Assembly (NCBI GenBank): GCA_950097015.1 | Contig: CATNEN010000034.1 | Location: 3,224,001 to 3,288,000 of the forward strand | Direction of reading: 5' to 3' | Source: Macrostomum hystrix | Taxonomy: Eukaryota > Animalia > Platyhelminthes | DNA length: 64,000 bases | Shown here: positions 49,701 through 58,700 of the stretch, in pieces | How the letters are laid out: every line of letters begins with the position of its first letter | Position numbering within the stretch: the first letter of the stretch is position 1 | Notes under the pieces: generated by a model | The model's database searches: none | What the model was told of the DNA's origin: nothing | Seen by the model: only the letters and a program-made list of their open reading frames with translations | Program-made: the position numbers and the translations under genes

Positions 49701-52700
49701 CTGTGAGTCTGGGAATTCTGTGAGTCTGGGAATTCTGTGAGTCTGGGAATTCTTTGAGTCTGGGAATTCTGTGAATAAGGGAATTCTGTGAGTCTGGGAA
49801 TTCTGTGAATAAGGGAATTCTGTGAGTCTGGGAATTCTGTGAGTCTGGGAATTCTGTGAGTCTGGGAATTCTGTGAGTCTGGGAATTCTGTGAATAAGGG
49901 AATTTTGTGAGTGTGGGAATTCTGTGAATAAGGGAATTCTGTGAGTGTGGGAATTCTGTGAATAAGGGAATTCTGTGAGTGTGGGAATTCTGTGAATAAG
50001 GGAATTCTGTGAGTCTGGGAATTCTGTGAATTAAGGAATTCTGTGAATTAGGGAATTCTGTGAGTCTGGGAATTCTGTGAATAAGGGAATTCTGTGAGTC
50101 TGGGAATTCTGTGAGTCTGGGAATTCTGTGAATAAGGGAATTCTGTGAGTGTGGGAATTCTGTGAATAAGGGAATTCTGTGAGTGTGGGAATTCTGTGAA
50201 TAAGGGAATTCTGTGAGTGTGGGAATTCTGTGAATAAGGGAATTCTGTGAGTCTGGGAATTCTGTGAATAAGGGAATTCTGTGAGTCTGGGAATTCTGTG
50301 AATAAGGGAATTCTGTGAGTCTGGGAATTCTGTGAATAAGGGAATTCTATTAATAATGGAATTATGTGAATTAGGGAATATTGTGGATTAGGGACCTTGG
50401 CGGATTAGTTATACTTTGAAGATTCTCGGACTAGGGAGAAAAATGTTAGTTTTCAAATTGAATTGTTACGCGTACGTACACAAACGCACACTCACGAACT
50501 AATAAAGTGCAAAGGTCAAAGAAAACCAGATTGATACAACTAAATAGTGACGGAGAGAAAGATTCTTCCAATCAGAATTATCAACGAGCAAGAGAGCTGT
50601 CATGGTCTGAGCAATCCCTGAAACTGTTCTCCAGTGCAACAGCAGCTTTTCCCTCTGTCGGCCTCCCTCATCGGCTCAAAGCCGATTTTTCCTGACCAAC
50701 TTCGCATGCATCCAATGTCCCAAATAATCCCCCCTTCTTAGCCCCGTATTCCACGTCCCAGCAGCAGGCTCAGGGCTAGAATCGGCACACTTTTGGTTAA
50801 TCATTCAATTATACGCAGCTGGGAGAAAAACTCGACCCCCCGCCCCAGACTCAGCTGTCTTCTCTCCCACTCTTTCCATCCTAATGAGGCGCCGGGATGA
50901 AAATTTCTATCAGCGCTGCGAAGAAGATGAACAAGACTTGAGTCGCCTGGCCATGGTCCCATAGGGAACTGTACTAAAGCTCAGCTCTCCATTACTCTCT
51001 CTTCTCTCTCGCTTGCCTATAGTCTGATCCCGTTATTTTCGTTCTGCTCACCTACTCGTGCTTTTTTACTGTCTCCTACAGACCTAATTCGAAGCCTAGG
51101 AAAAAAAAACTATCTATCCCACCTGCTTAAAAAGCTTTCAGTGGACATTTATGATGAGTAACAATAACCCAATAGCCAACGATAATCCGACACCATCCGA
51201 TATGGATTAGGAAGAGAGTGGAAAAAAAATTAAATTAATCAAAGCGGCGGCAACCGCCTCAATAAATTATACTAGTTATAAGCGTCTAGGACTACTTTCT
51301 TACTGAGAGCAAGCTAAAATCAGACATAAATTCCGCATCAGCAGCAGCAGCAGCAGCAGCGGCGGCGGTGGCGGCGGCGGCGGAGTTAGTTGATAATCAT
51401 TTCAGCAAGGCCCCCATAATAAAATCAAGGTCGAATGACCCTCCTAGTCAGACTGCGCTAATTTTACATTTCACTCCATTGAGCAGTCGGCAGTCAGCGA
51501 ATAGATCCGGCTTTCCAAGTCTGCTTCATCAAGCCTACTCAAGCCTATCATGCTCACGTCTGCTCGACTCAGCCTCAGCGCTTTAGCTACCCCCCCCCCG
51601 ACTAAGTACAGTAAGTACACTAGTAGCTTCTGATTTATATGAAACCAAGCTATTTAGGCTATAGCATTAATTATGATGCGATGGGAACGGGTAGTTATTA
51701 TGAAAATCGAATGACATGGATGCCATGGGATCTGGGGATTTTCATCGAATTGGATGTCATGGGATCTGGGGATTTTCATCGCAGTTGGATGTTATGGGAT
51801 CTGGGGATATTCATCAAATCGAATGCCATGGGATCTGGGGATTTTTATCGAATTTGGATGCTATGGGATCTGGGGATATTCATAGAATTGGATGTCATGG
51901 GATCTGGGGATTTTCATCGAATTGGATGCCATGGGATCTGGGGATTTTCATCGAATTTGGATGTCATGGGATCTGGCGATTTTTTTCGCATTGGATGTCA
52001 TGGGGATCTGGGAACTTTTATCCAACTTTTGTTGCCATGGGATCTGGGGATTTTTATCCAATTTTTGTTGCTATAAGATCTGGGGACTTTTATCCAATTT
52101 TGGTTGCCATGGGATCCGGGGAGTCTCAGGAATTTTTGATGCTACGGGTTCTGGGGATTTTGATGGAACTCGGATGATTTGAGATCAGGGAATCTGTGGG
52201 ATTCTAGGGCCAAATGGATTTTCAGTCAAACTCAGTCATACGGAGTTTATAAATATTGGGATTTGTTTTTTTATGCGCTAGATATTGGAATCGAATCATA
52301 GCTCTTTCTTAGTCCGCAATATAATACCATCGAGATGAGCTTGGCGACGAATGGATGCATCGAATTGCCAAGCGAGTAAATAGGGACAGAGCTCTTCTAA
52401 CAGATTTAATGGGTCACTGAGGGACGCGGCAATCGAACTGTAGCCTCTTAAAAACATAAATTCGGAAAGCAATTCAGCGTGAATCAAACAGCAAAACTGT
52501 TCCGAGTATTGGGCCGCCCCTGTCATCACATATGCCGGCTCACAGAATCGACACGATCCCCACTAGGAGCAGAAATTAGATTGCTTCGGGTGCGCCGATG
52601 TTATAGAAAATCCCCTACTGACCGTACACTCGCATATGTATATATTAGGATCTACTCAATGCCCCAAGAATCCAAAATCTCAAGCCTTCTCAATTCTTAG

Positions 52701-55700
52701 TCGAGTCAGTCCTCCCAGCCGCACAAGCCGCACAAGATCCATCCTGAGGCTAAGGGATCTGGGTGGAAGGACCGGTAAGGGTTGCCGCATGAGCTTAATT
52801 ATGCATGGTCAAACACGCGAGAGATGCGAGACAGACGCAACAACAGATAAGACTAGGGGTATGTTTTTTAAATAACAGGAACCTGTCCGATCCCCTGTTT
52901 CCCAACATCGACTTGGAAAGAGACCAATTAAAATATGGAACAGAACACTGTTTAGGGAATTTGAGCACGCGCAGCGGACTCGGGCAAACTAAATCAATTG
53001 CGAGTATACCGTTCATTTACTAATTGGAAATCAAATGTAAACTCGACAGAGTGGTCGGAAGTTCGAATCTGGGCCAAAGGAAACTATTCGCGTCACTTAA
53101 TTGCCTATTGTCCAAGAAACCAACTTTTAATTTGAAACCAGTGGACTGAGTGTGTCCATGGACTGAACAGATGTACACAGCCTTTGGAAACGACGTAAAA
53201 TAATTGCGGTTATACCACTGGTTGTACATCTATGAGGAGAAGCGTTTGGGACGTGAGAGAAGCGTTTGGGACGTGAGAGAAGCGTTTGGGACGTGAGAGA
53301 AGCGTTTGGGACGTGAGAGAAGCGTTTGGGACGTGAGAGAAGCGTTTGGGACGTGAGAGAAGCGTTTGGGACGTGAGAGAAGCGTTTGGGTCGTGAGAGA
53401 AGCGTTTGGGACGTGAGAGAAGCGTTTGGGACGTGAGAGAAGCGTTTGGGTCGTGAGAGAAGCGTTTGGGACGTGAGAGAAGCGTTTGGGTCGTGAGAGA
53501 AGCGTTTGGGTCGTGAGAGAAGCGTTTGGGTCGTGAGAGAAGCGTTTGGGACGTGAGAGAAGCGTTTGGGACGTGAGAGAAGCGTTTGGGTCGTGAGAGA
53601 AGCGTTTGGGACGTGAGAGAAGCGTTTGGGACGTGAGAGAAGCGTTTGGGTCGTGAGAGAAGCGTTTGGGACGTGAGAGAAGCGTTTCGGTCGTGAGAGA
53701 AGCGTTTGGGTCGTGAGAGAAGCGTTTGGGACGTGAGAGAAGCGTTTGGGACGTGAGAGAAGCGTTTGGGACGTGAGAGAAGCGTTTGGGACGTGAGAGA
53801 AGCGTTTGGGTCGTGAGAGAAGCGTTTGGGTCGTGAGAGAAGCGTTTGGGACGTCAGAGAAGCGTTTGGGTCGTGAGAGAAGCATTTGGGTCGTGAGAGA
53901 AGCGTTTGGGACGTCAGAGAAGCGTTTGGGACGTGAGAGAAGCGTTTGGGACGTGAGAGAAGCGTTTGGGACGTGAGAGAAGCGTTTGGGACGTGAGAGA
54001 AGCGTTTGGGTCGTGAGAGAAGCGTTTGGGTCGTGAGAGAAGCGTTTGGGACGTGAGAGAAGCGTTTGGGTCGTGAGAGAAGCGTTTGGGTCGTGAGAGA
54101 AGCGTTTGGGTCGTGAGAGAAGCGTTTGGGTCGTGAGAGAAGCGTTTGGGTCGTGAGAGAAGCGTTTGGGTCGTGAGAGAAGCGTTTGGGACGTGAGAGA
54201 AGCGTTTGGGTCGTTTGAGGAACGTTATAGCCGTTAAGAAGAGTTTGAGTCCTTACAATACAAGCTGGGAAAATTCGAGTCTTTAAAATGCGTTTGAGCG
54301 TAAAATGCCGCTGGTCAACTGCTTTTATAGACTTAGGAGAGACTTAAGAGAAGAATATGGGACTATGGCGACATCAGCCACCGCTGCCGACACGGGAAAG
54401 CCATTTGAACAGGCCAGGCCACCCAGCTGATCCCTGAGTAAAGGAAAAAGCAACTCAACCGAAGATTTTTCAACAACATCTAGAATCTAAAATCTTTAAC
54501 GACTAAGAGATATTTTCTAGACAATTCACAGTTTTCCACTAAAAACGCATATATATGTTTATGCAGTAGATATTAAATAAATACGTACGAGCTACTACAT
54601 AAGGATTTCTACACAGATAATGCGCACATACTGCTAGGCGACAGCAGCTAGCTCAGCAGAATGCAAATGACGGATGTGGCACTCGGGACAGGGGAGAATT
54701 TCTGGCAGCAGAAAAAAAGCAGAGAAGAAAGCACTGGGAAGGAAGCTTTCGCACCTGAACGGTTAACAATGGTTAGAAGAATTGAGGCGGGTTTAATTTT
54801 AATTCCCTGGCCTGCATTGAGGATCTGAGGTCGCACACAGACTCACTCGAGTCTGGATGAAGTCAAGCGAGACACTGAAAAAATGAAGAAAAAAAGCCAA
54901 AAAGCTACACACCGGAGTTGCGCCACGGAGTTGGAAGAATGGCATTTAGTCAAGCGAGATATAAGGCTGGTCCGCTTGCTGAGTGTTGCAGAATAGTAGT
55001 TTTTTAGGTAACTATAATTACTCGTAGTATAGTTGCAGAGATGCAAAGTTAGTAGTCTACAATATAAAGCTGACTACTTAGCATTACCACTGGTTGCTCA
55101 ACGTGCTCATTGGCTACTCAACATGCCTACTGGGTGCTCAACACGCGCACTGCCTACTCAACATGCTCAATTGCGGATCAACATACTCACTGCCTACTCA
55201 ACAAGCTCACTTGATGCTTAACATCCTCACTCAACAAGCTCACTGAATGCTCAACATGCTTACTGCCTACTCAACATGCTCACTGCCTACTCAACATGCT
55301 CACTGCCTACTCAACATGCTCACTGCCTACTCAACATGCTCACTGCCTACTCAACATGCTCACTGCCTACTCAACAGCTCACTGCCTACTCAACATGCTC
55401 ACTGCCTACTCAACATGCTCACTGCCTACTCAACATGCTCACTGCCTACTCAACATGCTCACTGCCTACTCAACAGCTCACTGCCTACTCAACATGCTCA
55501 CTGCCTACTCAACATGCTCACTACCTACTCAACATGCTCACTACCTACTCAACATGCTCACTGCCTACTGAACAGCTCACTGACTACTCAACAGCTCACT
55601 GCCTACTCAACATGCTCACTACCTACTCAACATGCTCACTACCTACTCAACATGCTCACTGCCTACTCAACAGCTCACTGACTACTCAACATGCTCACTG

Positions 55701-58700
55701 CCTACTCAACATGCTCACTGCCTACTCAACAGCTCACTGCCTACTCAACATGCTCACTGCCTACTCAACATGCTCACTACCTACTCAACATGCTCACTAC
55801 CTACTCAACATGCTCACTGCCTACTGAACAGCTCACTGACTACTCAACAGCTCACTGCCTACTCAACATGCTCACTACCTACTCAACATGCTCACTACCT
55901 ACTCAACATGCTCACTGCCTACTCAACAGCTCACTGACTACTCAACATGCTCACTGCCTACTCAACATGCTCACTGCCTACTCAACAGCTCACTGCCTAC
56001 TCAACATGCTCACTGCCTACTCAACAGCTCACTGCCTACTCAACATGCTCACTGCCTACTCAACATGCTCACTGCCTACTCAACATGCTCACTGCCTACT
56101 CAACATGCTCACTGCCTACTCAACATGCTCACTACCTACTCAACATGCTCACTACCTACTCAACATGCTCACTACCTACTCAACATGCTCACTGCCTACT
56201 CAACAGCTCACTGACTACTCAACATGCTCACTGCCTACTCAACAGCTCACTGACTACTCAACATGCTCACTGCCTACTCAACAGCTCACTGACTACTCAA
56301 CATGCTCACTGCCTACTCAACATGCTCACGGCAGTAAATATTTTACTGAAAAATGACTCACCGGCACGCGTGCATGCGCTTTAGTGACTCCATTTTAAGT
56401 CTAGCCGAGTGACTTCAACAGTTCACTGGGGGTTCTTATATCAGTTGGAGCCAATAGCTTACTCAGTGCAGATTATCCAGTCAGGCGCATCGCGGACTTG
56501 TGTGTCTCCACATTTACGAGTAAATGCTGAATTCACTTAACCTTTCTTTTTAACTTGGTCGATTCCATCTCCTCTCCTCTCCTCTTCTGAGTATTTCTTT
56601 CAGTCAGCGATAAATTTCTAATTTTATATAGCCTCTTTCCAGTAGCTATATAAAATACTAAAGTAACTTTAGTTACTTTATCACTACGAAAGTGAATCTA
56701 TAATGCAAAAATTTGTTTATCAGAAAAAGGTTACTAGTTTTTCTTAGTAGTTACGTCTGCGATCATTTGACTGCTGCTGCTGCTGAACGCTGATTAAAAA
56801 AATGCGACAACTAAAAACGAAAAGCGAAACAACCCACTCAAAAAATTGTCCTATCAGAGAGAGAGGGAGAGACAGAGAGATGACTATTTGTGCGCTAGAC
56901 GATCATATATTTTGATGTCACAATATGCGATATACTCTACTAAGAACCATCCTAACAAGTAGTGGGTTGCATTTTTGCAAGTAGTTTTCTACGAGACAAA
57001 ATAATATAATCATAAGCTCGTATTACTTTAATTTATTACTCGTGGCTGCGTACAGTAGTTGGTCCAAAGACTGAGTGGGACACACCAATTTACCAGCGTC
57101 TTGCACAAGGACACAAATATCTTCCTATGGGCTACAACACGGACGAATGTACTTTTACAGTTTCTAAGAAAACCGGACTATGTGCCAATCAACTACTACA
57201 CCCTAGGGAGGCTGATGATGCTAAAGAGAAAATGTAACAGAATATTTTTTCAAAGAAAGACTTTTCAGATTTTGCTGAATAATTCAGAATTCTGCCATAA
57301 TTTTCATCCTCAAAGGAGAATTGAGGGGGGAGGAACAACAAGATTAGCATCTCAGAATAGGATCAATGAAACAGACCAATTCTAGGCGACACAAATTGGC
57401 TTCGGCATCGGCATTCTTTCATTCTTGACAAAGTCTCTCTAACCAGAGCATCAGCGCAAGAGACTGTGTGTTCACTGTGTGTTTGAAATAAAAAGGAACG
57501 CCGGACACGGTCGGTAAAGGGCAAGAGGGCGAGTGATAGATTGAAGGGGTTAGAAAAAGAGGTTAGGGAGAGGTTAGGGCGAGAGGGAGAGAGACTGGGA
57601 AAGAGAATGGGAACAACTGATAAAGTACTCTGCTGCTTTGGAGACAACAGCAGCAGACACATGCGCGCCCACATTTTCCAGACATTAGGAATAGAAAGAT
57701 AAGTCTGTCAGTCAATCTCTGTAATACCCCTGCTTCCACTCTTTTTCCAGTTGAAGACTCGCCAGAGTCCACTTTCTCAGCGCTTAGAACTCGCATGCGG
57801 CTTAGCACTACCCGTTCCTTACCATGACCCCCAACCAAGTGTGCCAACTTGTGTTTTGGCCTCGAAACACTCTGGTCTGCGGTCTGCGTGGCCGTGTGGC
57901 CAGTTGGGGCTGTATGGATCTGGGAGAGGCAGGGAATATGAGCCATGAAGGGGAGAGAGGGAGAGAGAGAGGGAGCGCGCGGAGTTGGCAGCGGTTTCCC
58001 AGTCTGGTCAGCGGACAGCAAATGGCAATCGGGGGGGGGTAGCCTGTCTAACACGGTCGCCGAGCTGCAAACATGGCGGGAGGGTGGGTAAGGCCATAAG
58101 ATCCACTGCCGAAGAGAAAAAGTACTGAATACTCGTGGCGGCTGTGAATTCTGGGCTTCAGAACCTCCTAAGCGTGCATGGTGTGAAACAGAACGCGACT
58201 CGGGTATAGGGGAACAGTGCACGGACTGAGTCCTGTCCAACACGAAAGGTCGTGTGTGTCAAGAAGGAGGGACGGAGAGCTGACGGTTGGAGACGAGATT
58301 TCAGACTGCGGAACCGCGGACTAAGGCGAATTGAGGAGAATGGGAAGGCAGAAATTCTAATAAGTCTCTTCTGGATTTGAGAGCCAAAGAAAATTAACCC
58401 CTTACAAAACATATTTCTATCCAGTCACTGGCTGCGACTCAATGAAATTCTTTCCCTAAAGTCACTCCACCAAATCTCTATTCTCACTCCTGTCACTCCA
58501 CCAAATCTCTATTCTCACTCCTCTGTCACTCCACCAAATCTCTATTCTCACTCCTGTCACTCCACCAAATCTCTATTCTCACTCCTCTGTCACTCCACCA
58601 AATCTCTATTCTCACTCCTCTGTCACTCCACCAAATCTCTATCTCACTCTCTGTCACTCTACCATCTGTTACACTAATTGTTAGATTTCGCTCCTCCCTG

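Noticed and set aside
57563-58243. 226-aa non-repetitive ORF in CASK intron 3
   Set aside because: No recognisable motif, low-complexity Ser/Pro bias and no convincing splice or start context; cannot be supported without a database search.
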